A DNA stretch of 63,996 nt, filler included, from Octopus bimaculoides (Eukaryota), in NCBI RefSeq assembly GCF_001194135.2. It is 7 parts of 6 records of this genome, joined end to end, with 100 filler letters (N's around TTAATTAATTAA, not from the genome) between each part and the next. Parts side by side here need not be neighbours in the genome. Positions count along the whole stretch, not along the records: positions 18,489 to 44,199 come from NC_068996.1; positions 44,300 to 53,018 come from NC_068986.1; 5 more parts are not named here. The stretch is one strand, 5' to 3'. The stretch's first letter is position 1; every line of letters begins with the position of its first letter. Shown here piece by piece: positions 37,540 through 50,794 of this stretch. A program made the position numbers and the translations under genes. The notes under the pieces are model-generated. The model made no database searches. It was not told the DNA's origin and saw only the letters and a list, made by a program, of their open reading frames with translations.

Positions 37540-38965
37540 ATAATTATCATCATTTAGTGTCTGTTTTCCATGCTGGCATGCATTAGATGGTTTGACTGGA
37601 ACTGGTAAACCAGCAAGCTGTACCAAGTTCCAGTCTGATTTTAATTTGGTTTCTATGGTTGGATACTCTTCTTAATGCCAACCAGTCCAAGAGTGTAGTG
37701 GTACCTTGCATGTGCCACCAGCATAGGTGCTTTTACGTGCCACCAACACAGGTGCTTTCATGTGTCATTGGCATGGGTGCTTTTACATGTCGTATTGGCC
37801 ACGAATATGATTTCACTTGACTTGATGAGTTTTCTCAAGCACAGCATATTGCCAAAGGTCTCAGTCACTTGTCATCACCTGCGTGAGGCCCAACTTTCAA
37901 AGATCCTGCTTCACCACCTTGTTCCATGTCTTCCTGGGTCTACCTCTTCCAGTTTCCCTCTGCAGAAATCAACATTTCTTTACACAGCTGTCTACATCCA
38001 TACACATCACATGACCATACCAGCACAATTGTCTCTCTTGTACACCACATCTGATGCCCCTTAAGCCCAATTTTTCTCTCAAAATGCTTACACTCTGTCA
38101 TATGAGCACACTGACATTGCACATCCAATGAAGCATACTAACTTCATTTCTTTCAAGCCTTTGCATGTCCTCTGTGGCCACAGCCCATGCTTCACTGTGA
38201 TGTAGCATGGCAGTTCACACACACAGGCATCATACACTCTGCCTTTACTCTGAGGGAGAGACTCTTTGTTACCTACAGAGGTAGAAGCTCTTTAGACTTT
38301 GCCCAGACTATTCTTATTCTAGCAGCTACACTCTCAGAGCATCCACCTTCATTGCAGACTTGGTCACCAAAATAATGGAAACTATCAACTATTTCTAAGT
38401 ATCCTCCTTAGCATTTGATGGAGTCTATTTTCTGTACATTTCTAGTGTTTATTGTACCTGTACATCTGCCACACACAAAAACTATATTCCCTGTCAACCT
38501 TCCTCTGATATTGCTGCATCTTATGTGTCTATAGCTTGCACTGGGTGCACCTTATGAAATTTCTACCTACACCTTTTCTACATATTGAGCAGGGCCATCT
38601 ACCTGAAGGGTTTTGTGATTTGTCTGCTTTCATACCTACTAAGTCTTTTGTTTTTGCTAAATTAACTCTAAGGCCCTTTGATTTTAGATCTTGCTTCTAT
38701 ACCTGAAACTTCCTCTCTAGTTCTGGTAGTGATTCAGCTATAAGAACATGGTCAACAGCATAGAAGAGCTCCCAGAGACAGCCTGAATTAAATTCCTCTA
38801 TTATTGCCAGAAGGACTATGATGAATAAGAGGGGGCCAAGGACCAATCCTTGGTGAACTCCTTGTACACTGAATTCCTTGCTATACTCATTGCCAACCCT
38901 CACTTTACTGACAGCATCCCTGTGCATGGCTTGTCCAACTCTCACCAACCACCCGTCTAACCCTA
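37540..38965 (-). mobile_element. RTE-clade LINE 3' half, degenerate
   Basis: KVRVGNEYSKEFSV...HQGLVLGPLLFIIVL...WELFYAVD, with the tail at 37540-37700. Confidence 0.88.
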
Positions 38966-39129
38966 GTTACTGCAATGGTTGTAGAACATGAAAGGAAGAA
39001 AAATTTACGTTGTTATGAAGGAAAGTAAGAAATTTGAGAAAGAATTAGAAATACATAATGAAAATTTTGAAAATTATGGTGATTCTGCAATTAAGACTGC
39101 AAAGAACATCAAAATGCTGGCAAAAAATG

Positions 39130-39880
39130 AGGGACAATAGAAACTATGCACTGAATGTGAACAAGAATCTGTAGCAAAGAACCTGATGTTGATCAAACTC
39201 TCATCTATCAGTGGTTATGGAGTTGTAGACTAAAAGCAGAGAGTGTGAAGGCTTCATTTTTGGCTGCATAAAACAGGGTGCTTCAATGTACAACTTTCAA
39301 GCCTATGTGATCAGAAATAAAACTCAAAGTATCAATTTTGCAATGAGCAGGTTGAGAATATTGACCACTTTGTTTCAGGCTGCAAAAGTTTTGGCATCAC
39401 AGAAATATAAAACTGAGCAGGATAGAATAGGGCATTATTTACACTGGGTAATATGCAGCTCTTACGGCATAAAGACAGAGGAAAAATGGTAGAACCATCA
39501 TCCAGATGCAGTAACAGGAAACTATTATGAGTCAATCCTTTGGGATTTTCTTGTGAATACCAACAAAATGATCAAGGTTTGTGGACTTCATATATTTGTG
39601 AAGGACTGTGAAAAGAAAAGCATGAGTATAATACCTGACTGTAACATCTGGAAAGAGTACCAAAGGTTCAGTAAATATAAAGACCTGGTAACTGAAATTG
39701 AGTAAATGCAGCATCTTAAGGCCTGTACAATACCGGTGATGATCGGTGCACTTGGGATGATGAAAAAGGGAACAGGGAAGTATTTGGACCAGATACCTGG
39801 AAAGCCATTCTTGCAAGAAGTACAGAAAATAGTGCTAACTGGCACTGTACATGTTTTGAGAAGGGTTTTATCAATTTAAA
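39130..39880 (+). mobile_element. R4/Dong-like LINE fossil (CCHC region plus REL endonuclease)
   Basis: LKAES..GFI; IDHFVSGC; DRIGHYLHWVIC; ILWDFLV; SKYKDL; IPVMIGALG; VQKIVLTGTVHVLRRVLSI*. Confidence 0.85.
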
Positions 39881-40050
39881 TCTCACACAAAGACATTTGC
39901 TGTTAGGGTAACAGTTATAAACCAATTAAATGTGTGTATTACCAAATCTAGCCTCAGGTACCATCAGGATGACACTCAACAAAATATGGAAAAAGATGCA
40001 AAATTCAAAGGAAGCTACAAATAATAATAATAATAATTATAATAATAATT

Positions 40051-40605
40051 GCCCGGATGCAACACCAGGCAGTAGCTCTCGTGGCTTCTGATCTTAATTG
40101 ATTGGAAGTGTTATCATGTACATTGTTTTGTTTTGGTATAGAAGATGGGCTACAGCAAATATTCTGCTCAATACCACAGATTTGCTTGTCAGTTGTTTGA
40201 CCTTAGCCAGTTGAGCATGTCCCTTGGTGGCTGACGATATGTGCATCTCTGATCATGAGCAGAAGTAGTGGAGGAGCATCATAGCCATGTGTTGAGAGGA
40301 ATTCTTTGGGGTTTGAATAATTCACCTTTGGAAACATTGGTATTTTGCTCAACATCCTTAAACAAACCTTATTCAGGGACCTTTTGAGCAGGATGGGCTA
40401 CTCGACCTAAAGAAAATTCTAACTGAGCCCCACCTGCGAGGTCATGCGCTGTTTATCTTGATATGAGATCACGATGTTGCGCACATGTGGTCGTGATGCA
40501 TGTGCCTGGTGTACCCTTATCAGACGGGTAGTCATGATGGGTATAATGGGCTTCGTATATTTTACCCCAGAGTCACTTTGATGGCATGCACTGCTCTTTC
40601 ACTCA
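40051..40605 (+). mobile_element. ~555-bp unclassified interspersed element between (AAT)n tracts, probably a LINE 3' UTR
   Basis: Complex sequence bounded by (AAT)n on both sides. I recall it as a high-copy octopus repeat, unverified. Confidence 0.45.
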
Positions 40606-40636
40606 ATAATAATAAATAATAATAGTAATAATAATA

Positions 40637-41575
40637 ATCCTTTCTACTATAGGCACAAGGCCTGAAATTTTAGGGGGAAGCAGACTAGCTGATTACATCA
40701 ACCCCAGTGTTTCACTGGTACTTAATTTATTGACCTTAAAAGGATGAAAGGCAAAGTCAGCCTCAGTGGAATTTGAACTCAGAATGTAAAGACGGACAAA
40801 ATAACGCTAAGCATTTTACAGTTCTATATTTTGCCTGGTGTGCTAATGGTTCTGCCAACTTTGCCAACTTAATAATAAATAATAATAGCAATAATAATAA
40901 TCCTTTCTACTATAGGCACAAGGCCTGAAATTTGGAAGGAAGGGCCATGCTGATTACATTGACCCCAGTGCAAAACTGGTACTTATTTCATTCACCCCAA
41001 AAAAGATGAAAGCCAAAGTTCATCTCTGAGGAATTTGAATTCAGAACATAAAGATGCATGAAATGCCACTAAGCATTTTATCTGGCATGCTAATGGTTCT
41101 GCCAGTTTGGTGTCTTAAGAATGATAACAATAGCTTCTGATTTAGGCACAAGCCAACCATTTTCAGGGAAGGTGGTTAGTTGATAGTACTTGACTGTTAT
41201 TTTATCAGCCATCAAGGAACAAAAGGTTAAGCTGAACCCCTTTGGAATTGGGCATTTTGTCTGACATTCCAATAATTCAGCCATTTCACTGAATATTGGT
41301 GAAAGACCAGAAATTTTGGGAGGAGGAGGGCACATGACTGAAGCTTTATCAAACTCTGGAAGGATTAAATGCCAAGTTAACCTGGTTGAGACTTGATCTC
41401 AAGGCTAGAAATATTGGGAGTGGGAGCTGGTTGATTAAAAAAAAACCCCAATTATTTGAATGTTACTTTATTTTGTCAACCCTGGAAGAATGAAAAGCAG
41501 GATTGGCCTTGACTGGATTTGAGCTCTGAACATAAAGTGCCAGAACAAGTATTTTGTCTGATGTGCTAACAATAA
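40637..41575 (-). mobile_element. Head-to-tail train of SINE family A copies (two clear, two to three decayed)
   Basis: Copies at 40637-40860 and 40898-41110 both begin ataatcctttctactataggcacaaggcctgaaattt. Decayed copies continue to 41575. Confidence 0.8.
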
Positions 41576-42145
41576 TAATTTATTATTTGCCACAAGGGCA
41601 AAGAAGACATTGCATGGACAAATTCCATAAACAGATGGTGAGGAAGATTTTATGCAAATTTACAAAACCTTTGGTAAGGTTCTCACCACCCAGTGAATCA
41701 TTCATTTGGTAAAATGGTGACATCACTATACATTAGATTATAATACAGAATAGTAATGATGATGATGATAATAATAATAATGGTGTGAAGTGCTTCAATG
41801 CTTAATTGACTGATTGTGAACAATTGTTTGTATAAGATGTTGCTGTCTATTGTTCAAACAAACAAATAGGATTATGAAATGGAGAAAAAAAAAAAACTAA
41901 AAAAAGAAAACAAAAGCGAACAAAAATACATAAATACATGCATAAAAATTTATGTAAATAAAAAAATAAAACAGGAACAAAAGATTGGAAAAAATCTGAG
42001 AGCAAAAACAAAATGACTAAACAGATGCATTGTTTGTGTTTATTTTTTACTCACACACATTTACATGTGTATCTAGATACAGTTACATATATACATATAT
42101 GTTGACATTGTGTATATTATATGTGTGTGCATATATATATGTATA

Positions 42146-42182
<37 letters not shown>

Positions 42183-42403
42183 ATATATATAGATATATAT
42201 ACAAACACACATAGATAATGTTACATAGACACATGACACGCATTGACATAGATAAACACACAGATGTGTTTGTGTGTGTATATGTATCTATACACACACA
42301 CACACACACATATATACATACACTCATATGTGTATATACATGCACACACAAACTATGTGTATATGCACATATGGATGCAAACCACAATGTGTGGTTTTTG
42401 TGT

Positions 42404-42447
<44 letters not shown>

Positions 42448-43381
42448 GTATATATATATATATACTGAAATGAAGTTGCACTTCTGACAAACAATTGGAA
42501 ACAATTCCTAACATTGCTGATTTATTAGTCAAGATAACAGTTGTAGATGCAATGACAGCAGGGTAATTATAATGTACCAATATGTGGTAGGGTGGGAAAG
42601 GGGTATGTAAGTGTGAGTGGCAAAGGGATGAGTAAGGAAGTGACAGCAGAACAATTATAATGTACCGATTATGTTGTTGGGTAGGATAAGGGTATATAAG
42701 TGTGGGTGAGAAATGGGTGGGTAAAAAAAATAAACACAAAGGCTGAGGTGGGAAATGGGTGAGAACTGCCTGAAAGGGGGAAGGAGACAGCTAAGGGAAG
42801 TGGTGAGAGAGCAACATTGAAAAACCACAACAAAAACCAAGGAAAAAACAGCAAATGTATGCTGGGGGTTGATGCGGTCATTTGACTTGCTAGAAACAGC
42901 AGCCAATTTCCACTCTACTCTTTTACAAATTCAGACACATTAAATAGTGAAGTGTGACATACAATATGTTTAAAAAACAGTGATGGTCATGCATGGAACA
43001 TGTTTGATCATGTATCTGCTCAATAAGGGGTGACTTTGTGTTGTAAAACATAAACATAACCCCCACCCCTATCCAATGGCCAGGAGTTGATCCATAGATT
43101 TCTACCTGTATGTGGACACCTGGGTAAGGCCCTTTTGTGGTAAACTAGAAGTTACTCATGCATGAAGCATTATTCCTCTCCTTACCACTGATGTCTATTC
43201 AAATGAAAGATTCCTACCATAATAATGATGCAACTCAATACCAATGTTGTTGCAGATATCATTGTCAGAACAAAAGCAAGGAATACTCCAAGACATTTTG
43301 TCCATTTTGTCCTAAGAATTCTGCTTATCAGCCACCCTGGAATGGTGCTTTAATTTAACGATTTTATATCCTGCCACAGAT

Positions 43382-43850
43382 TGCTATATATAAAATCAGG
43401 TAGCAGACGTTTAATCAATGTGTTTACACGATGTACTTCTCAAGACTATCAAACCACTCTCTTCTACTGACCTCTACTCTTTACAAGAGTTTGGCTAGTC
43501 CATTCTCCAATCCACCACGGGCATCAATGACTCTCGCCACAACATCTCCCCCTTTGAAATTGACTTCCGTTGGAAGTTAATATTATTATTTTTATTTATT
43601 TTTCTTTCATTACATCTCCCTTTTTGAGATTTTTCTCCTAGGGGAGTTTAATATTTCTTCCATTTAGGCACTACTTCTAACAGTTCTGTTTCCTCTTACC
43701 TGTGCTGTTTAGACTAGATTGGATTTCTTGTAGCGTTGGAACAGCAAAGGTGTCATAGAACACTTCCATGGGTATATCTTTTCTTCTTTCCGTATATCTA
43801 CTTTTTTAGCTGGTTTAAATTCGTTTTGTGTTCCCATTTTTTGCCTCTTA
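43382..43850 (-). mobile_element. LTR retrotransposon 3' end: PPT plus ~163-bp LTR
   Basis: Minus strand PPT aaagggggaga (43545-43555) is followed directly by TG. There is an attaaa signal and a CA end at 43382-43383. Confidence 0.55.
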
Positions 43851-43851
43851 T

Positions 43852-44199
43852 CATCATCATCATCATCATCATCATCATCGTTTAACGTCCGCTTTCCATG
43901 CTAGCATGGGTTGGACGATTTGACTGAGGACTGGTGAAACCGGATGGCAACACCAGGCTCCAGTCTGATTTGGCAGAGTTTCTACAGCTGGATGCCCTTC
44001 CTAACGCCAACCACTCAGAGAGTGTAGTGGGTGCTTTTACGTGTCACCCGCACGAAAACGGCCACGCTCGAAATGGTGTCTTTTATGTGCCACCCGCACA
44101 AGCCAGTCCAGGGGCACTGGCAACGATCTCGCTCGAAAATCCTACAGGAGCCAGTCAGGCGGTACTGGCAACGGCCACGCTCAAAATGGTGCATCTCAT
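43852..44199 (-). mobile_element. RTE LINE 3' tail and UTR modules, young
   Basis: Near-identical to the reverse complement of 12100-12345, with CpGs retained. Confidence 0.9.
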
Positions 44200-44314
44200 N
44201 NNNNNNNNNNNNNNNNNNNNNNNNNNNNNNNNNNNNNNNNNNNTTAATTAATTAANNNNNNNNNNNNNNNNNNNNNNNNNNNNNNNNNNNNNNNNNNNNT
44301 ATAATAGATGACAA

Positions 44315-44392
44315 TTGCCCAAGATGCCACGCAATGGGACTACACTCGGAACTTTGCCGTTAGGAAACAAGCATCTTCCCACACAGCCACTC
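44315..44392 (-). mobile_element. SINE family B head
   Basis: ttgcccaagatgccacgcaatgggac...cacacagccact. Confidence 0.7.
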
Positions 44393-44414
44393 TATGTTTT
44401 TGTGTGTGTGTTTG

Positions 44415-44475
<61 letters not shown>

Positions 44476-46062
44476 TAAATGTCGAACGATGAGTGCTCAG
44501 CACTGTATTGGTGGATATAAGCTTTCCGAAGCACGCTCGATGACTCTGTAGCAGAGTTCGAAAGTTTAAAGCAAAATATCATCTTGGCTCGTTTTTCTGC
44601 TTTTCTGTCTCTGACAATAATTGCCGACTAGAGCATACACATGATCACAAAAACATAAATTTCACAACTTATACAGTAAACACAGCCATGCAGCTCGGCA
44701 CATTGCCTCATGAAAGTCACTGCTAGCTCACAGTCCGAACGCAATCATGTGCTGCAATTAGTTGACGCGCTACAGAACTTATCCGGGAACTTTCGGATAC
44801 CACCTCATACTTCAGTGGAGGAAGTTGGAGATTCAGCTCCTTTGACAGTTTGTAATAGTGCGAATTAATTACGACGCCTTTAGTACTAATTTTCAATTAG
44901 AATGCTAATAAATGGAATTATTTGTATGAACAGTAAAAATGATGCAGCATTATTATTCAAGATTTTGGGATGCAATAACCATATTCATTGAATTCCTAAT
45001 AAGAGAAATTAATGAAAGATTAAAGTCTAATTAAATACTAATCATTGAGAGAATGTGAAAACGGAAGGACGCAAGATGTTTACATTTTATCTTTCATAAA
45101 AAATGTAATTCGAATTTCACAATACATGTCATAAGAATTGAAACTAGCTGACACCACTGCTACAGGCTTCTTGTAATTTCTTTGAGAATTTCAGCATATA
45201 ACATTGTTAAAACAAATAGATATTTTCACGAGAAAATTATTGGCATTTGAAAACAATGAAGAATATCAACTTGAAGCATGCATAAAATAATATTGAGACA
45301 TATATTATTAAAAGAATGTTTATGAATTTATTTTTGAGTGGCTGCAAATACAATCCTGTAGCATTGACATACAAAAATATTTTTGGGGAAATGTGTTGGC
45401 AATTCCACTGATCGTGCTGTAAAATATGGGTTCAATTGTTCCCTGTTTGAACTTTCAAGTTTACCTTTTACGTGTACAGTACAATTCATTTATCATTGCT
45501 CGTTAGGAAATTACTACTTCGAAAGCAGCAGTCGCCATAAATTTATACGCACTTAATTGAAAATGCACTGTGAGAGATATATAACACAAGTTCATTTATT
45601 TTCAGAACATCCCATTAGATTTGAAACTGTTTATGCTGATCGCTGCTATATATACCCTTCTTTGGAATGAGGTGTAAATAAGTTGAGAGATAGTTGCTTG
45701 TGTTTCATCAAACAGAGCTAAACCAGTATCAATTAATTATTAACATGAATGGTCGTTAATGTTTACATTCTGTAGCAGAGTACATTAAATATCGCTACTC
45801 TCATTCTCAGTTTTGCAAGTCAACACGATAATTTATTAGAGAAGCATTTTAATGAGGAGTTTTTTGAGGAATATGAGATAACTGAACAATCCTCCTACTT
45901 TATTATATCTACTCAAAGTTTGGACAATTTCGAAAAGCTTGTAATACGCATAACCGCAAACATGTCTTCAATAGCTTCAATTCAAAAAAACATTTTGGAA
46001 TAAAGCATAACATATTAGGTCGACATATTTGTGTCTTTGCCTCACTAATCTCACTAATCACA

Positions 46063-46183
<121 letters not shown>

Positions 46184-47089
46184 GCGCGTGTGTGCGTGCG
46201 TTTGCGCGCGTGTGATCAGTGAGATTATATATCTGTGTGTGTGTGTGTATATATNNNNNNNNNNNNNNNNNNNNNNNNNNNNNNNNNNNNNNNNNNNNNN
46301 NNNNNNNNNNNNNNNNNNNNNNNNNNNNNNNNNNNNNNNNNNNNNNNNNNNNNNNNNNNNNNNNNNNNNNNNNNNNNNNNNNNNNNNNNNNNNNNNNNNN
46401 NNNNNNNNNNNNNNNNNNNNNNNNNNNNNNNNNNNNNNNNNNNNNNNNNNNNNNNNNNNNNNNNNNNNNNNNNNNNNNNNNNNNNNNNNNNNNNNNNNNN
46501 NNNNNNNNNNNNNNNNNNNNNNNNNNNNNNNNNNNNNNNNNNNNNNNNNNNNNNNNNNNNNNNNNNNNNNNNNNNNNNNNNNNNNNNNNNNNNNNNNNNN
46601 NNNNNNNNNNNNNNNNNNNNNNNNNNNNNNNNNNNNNNNNNNNNNNNNNNNNNNNNNNNNNNNNNNNNNNNNNNNNNNNNNNNNNNNNNNNNNNNNNNNN
46701 NNNNNNNNNNNNNNNNNNNNNNNNNNNNNNNNNNNNNNNNNNNNNNNNNNNNNNNAAATCCGAACTCTAAAATTGTTACACACATAGATACGCACAGCGT
46801 AATTTATTATATAAGCAATATATGCGTATAAATTACGATTAAACCTGATGAAATATGTCACAGGGAATAACATTTTTATGACCGCCCAGCAGTAACTCTA
46901 TTCAGCTGAATAGACGTCAGTGATTGGTTGAAATTAAAGAAATACAACTTTAACATGGAATAACTTGCGATGTACGTTTTTTTGTTAGGAAGACTAAGAG
47001 TAAAAGATGTTTTATATGACACATTCTACCATTGTCCCAAGTTTCAAAGTATTTCGTTAGTGTTTCGTTAAGAAAATACTGGTGCCCCG

Positions 47090-47500
47090 TTTTGAAATAG
47101 ATCCAAACAAACTATGCTGGATCATAGATATAGCAAGCGCAGCTGACAACAGTGTATGCGATAAGGAAAAAATGTCACTTTCTCTAGGATTTTCCAGTCA
47201 ACACTGACAGAATGATCCACGATAATCGACCAGACATAATTATTAAAGACTGGGATGAATATACTTGTAGATGTAAGTGTTCCCACTGACAAAAACATAT
47301 CTGTAAATGAATTTCACACATTAAGTAGATATGAGGACTTCGAAATTGAAATACAGAAAATGTGACTTCTTAAAGCGAGAAGTATTCCTGTAATTGTAGG
47401 TGCCCCAGGTATGATATGAAAGGGCTGTCTCAGAGAAGTCTATAGCATTATGTTGACATGTGCTGCCCACATCCTTAGAAAAACCCTCTCCATTTAAATG
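47090..47500 (+). mobile_element. R4/Dong-like REL fossil (two joined fragments)
   Basis: LCWIIDIASAADNSVCDKE, then DFPVNTDRMIHDNRPDIIIKD...DVSVPTDKNI...IPVIVGA...AHILRKTLSI*. Confidence 0.8.
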
Positions 47501-47654
47501 TTGGTGCTGGTATTATATGAAGTTACTTTGCTACTGCCACTTTCTCAAGCTTTAAGTCATACTGTAACATTTCTTACCTTCTCTCGTCCTAGGATGCTTG
47601 GTGTGTCTCGGCAAGTTATTGTAAAAAACACGCAGATTAACAGTTAAAAAAAAA

Positions 47655-47870
47655 TAATAGCTTCAAATTTTGGCACGAGGCAAGCAGTTTTGAGGTGGGT
47701 CTAAAGCGATTACATTTAGCCCAGTGCTGAAATTTTACTAATTTTATTCACCCCAAAAGAATGAAATGCATAGTCGACCTCTGCGGAAGTTGAACTCACA
47801 GCGTAGCAACAAACGAAATATCGTTCAAAATTCCATCCGGTGTGCTAACGATTCTGCCAGCTCACCACCT
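47655..47870 (-). mobile_element. SINE family A
   Basis: The head on the minus strand (gtgctaacgattctgccagctcaccacc) abuts (AAT)n. Confidence 0.8.
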
Positions 47871-48040
<170 letters not shown>

Positions 48041-48866
48041 CCATTAATAAATAAATGAATAAATAAATACGTAATGTGATGTCTACCAGGTATAGAAATA
48101 CGTGAAGGTAATTACTTACAGACATTTTGTTGTGCAGTTTACTTTTTCTGCCAATGTTACCACCGACATACACGTCTTATTAGAGATTCATTGTTAACTG
48201 TAACTTGGTTTCGTCTCTCACTATTTCAGTCAGCATAATATTCAGGAAATATATAGCCATCTACCGCAACATAAATTATATATACTGATTCCTGAGAAAG
48301 ATCAAAAGAATGAATGTTGAATGGAGAATGACAAAAAAATATATAGAAGTGTGAACAGAAAGGGAATGCAATAAAGATGAAAGTGAATGTAAGGAAGCAA
48401 GATGGGAATAATACAAAAAGAAATAATGAATTCAAAAGTAGCATTTCATATAACCATTGCTGTTTTGTCACGAATTACTAATTCTAAAATATACATAACA
48501 ACATTTATTAATTATATCAAATGCAAAAGCATGTTTTACTCTTTGAAATTTCTTCTCCTGTGATTCAAAATATTTCTGTTATTTAAAAGAGGGAAAAAAT
48601 GACAAACAATATCGAATAGTAAGACTGCAAAGCCGAGTGGTAAAAATTTTAATGTTATATTACCTGTTTTGAAAAATCTTACATAAGTTTTAATATAATT
48701 TTGTTTTTAAATGTTCAGATTTTTTTCTTAATAGATATTATAGTATAGCACCATGCATACCCTAGAATACAATTGGTTCTACACTGCAGAAAACAGTACT
48801 TGATTGAGAGAAGTAAACAGCAATTACAATGGTATGCATTTAGCTTTCAATATTTGGGCCTTTGAA

Positions 48867-49081
48867 GGCGTTGAGCTGGCAGAAACGTTAGCTTGCCAGG
48901 CGAAACGCTTAGCGGTATTTTGTCTTTCTGTACGTTCTGAGTTCAAATTCCGCTGAGGTCGACTTTGCCATTCATCGTTTCGGGGCCGATAAATTAAGTA
49001 CCAGTTGTGTACTGGGGTCGGTCTAATCGACTGACTCGTACCCCCACACAAATTTCGGGCCTTGTACCTAGAGTAGAAAAG
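48867..49081 (+). mobile_element. SINE family A, full length, 18-bp TSD
   Basis: TSD aatatttgggc(c/a)tttgaa at 48849-48866 and 49082-49099. B box gagttcaaattcc. Confidence 0.92.
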
Positions 49082-49659
49082 AATATTTGGGCATTTGAAA
49101 TTTGATAAGCCCGGACAACATGCTTAATATCATTTCTGATAGTTTATGTGCTGTGTTCACAAGATGCCAAGATCGAATTTGCCTTTTACTTTAAAGGGTC
49201 GATGGCATAATTACTAATTGATAAATAGAACCGATATGAACATCTTCACCACAACGCCTGCATTGTTAGCTTTGTGCAAAAAACGAAAGATCGAAGGAAA
49301 CATTTGAATATTTGTATAAAATGTGCAATTTCAAAATTACGTGTCACGATACAAATAATTTTATATGGACATATTTACAATCATTGATATGCATTTTTCT
49401 AAAGAAATCATACATATTCGTCTGAAACAGTGGAATATTAACTAAAAGGAATTAAATACAAACTGCACGAGCTTGCATCGCAATATCAGCTTTTGACTGT
49501 TCTCTATACCTTTCACTGTGTTCTCTATACCTTTCATTGGCTATGAAAATATATCGCGAACATGAAGTAAAACATTCGTACAACTGATGCAATATCTTAA
49601 GCCACTGCTGATAAAATGCTGTTAAATTGTAGCATTCAACAAAATGAAGAAATGATGGC

Positions 49660-49826
49660 TTTATTTAAATTATTTACGTTGGGCGGATATGTGTCGTCAT
49701 CTAATTTGTTGTTAACACAACGTTTCGTCTGGTTTACTACCCAGCCTTAATCAGGTGCCCCACTAGAATTCGGAATCTAACACTGGGTACTGATTTTTAA
49801 GGGGTTCTTTTGCTGATATTATTATA

Positions 49827-49888
<62 letters not shown>

Positions 49889-49923
49889 CTTCTCAGGGCA
49901 CTGCCTGGAATTGAACTCGCAAT
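49660..49923 (-). mobile_element. Penelope-like terminal repeat with minimal hammerhead core (left member of an inverted pair)
   Basis: Minus strand reads GGCAC-CUGAUUA-A-GGCUGG-loop-CCAGAC-GAAACGUU-GUGUU. Confidence 0.65.
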
Positions 49924-49956
49924 ATTGGGGCTAGTTTTAACCATCTTCACCCGAAG

Positions 49957-49984
49957 ATTGCGAGTTCAATTCAAGGGAATGCCT

Positions 49985-50050
<66 letters not shown>

Positions 50051-50240
50051 TGATCAAAAAATACCTTCGGAATGAGGAACCCAGGTTTGGGTTAAAAATT
50101 CTACCATGACAACTGATGAATGCCGAAGAGGAAATCAGCGGAAACTTTGTGCTAACAACATACAAGATGAGGGAACATATACGTCCAATGGAAATCATGG
50201 AAATCATGGAAATCATGTACAGAATTCCTCATCTCTAAAA
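49957..50240 (+). mobile_element. Penelope-like terminal repeat with decayed hammerhead core (right member of the inverted pair)
   Basis: CTGATGA at 50113-50119 and GAAA at 50141-50144. Same flanks as the left copy (attgcgagttcaattc, (AAT)n, aacaac..a.aagatgag). Confidence 0.65.
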
Positions 50241-50450
50241 TATAGAACAACAACAGGAATGGCGGCTGGTTTAGTGAATCACTGTGGTGGGCTATACACT
50301 AAATGAGTTCCTTTTCAGAACTATTCCAGAAATAAAGTTATGAAGAACATCTTCAAAATACAATCAGACACATAAATGTCTCGGATTTGTTTCCTTGTTC
50401 CTTTATAAACTCACACAATACAATCTGATTTCTAAGCTTATAAAATCAAT

Positions 50451-50794
50451 TGTTGGCACTCCGTCGCTTTCGACGTCGAAGGTTCCAGTTGATCCGATCA
50501 ACGAAACAGCCTGCTCGTGAAATTAACGTGCAAGTGGCTGAGCACTCTACAGACAGGTGTACACTTAACGTAGGTCTCGGGGATATTCAACGTGACACAG
50601 TGTGACAAGGCTGACCCTTTGAATTACAGGCACAACAGAAACAGGAAGTAAGAGTGAGAGAAAGTTCGCCACCACCCACTGCCGGAGCCTCGTGGAGCTT
50701 TAGGTGTTTTCGCTCAATAAACACTCACAACGCCCGGTCTGGAAATCGAAACCGCGAGTCTGCTGCCCTAATCACTGGGCCATTGCGCCTCCAC
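50451..50794 (-). mobile_element. SINE family C (tRNA-Arg-like head), 11-12-bp TSD
   Basis: TSD ataaaatcaat(t) at 50440-50451 and 50795-50806. Head ggaggcgcaatggcccagtgattagggcagc. Confidence 0.9.
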
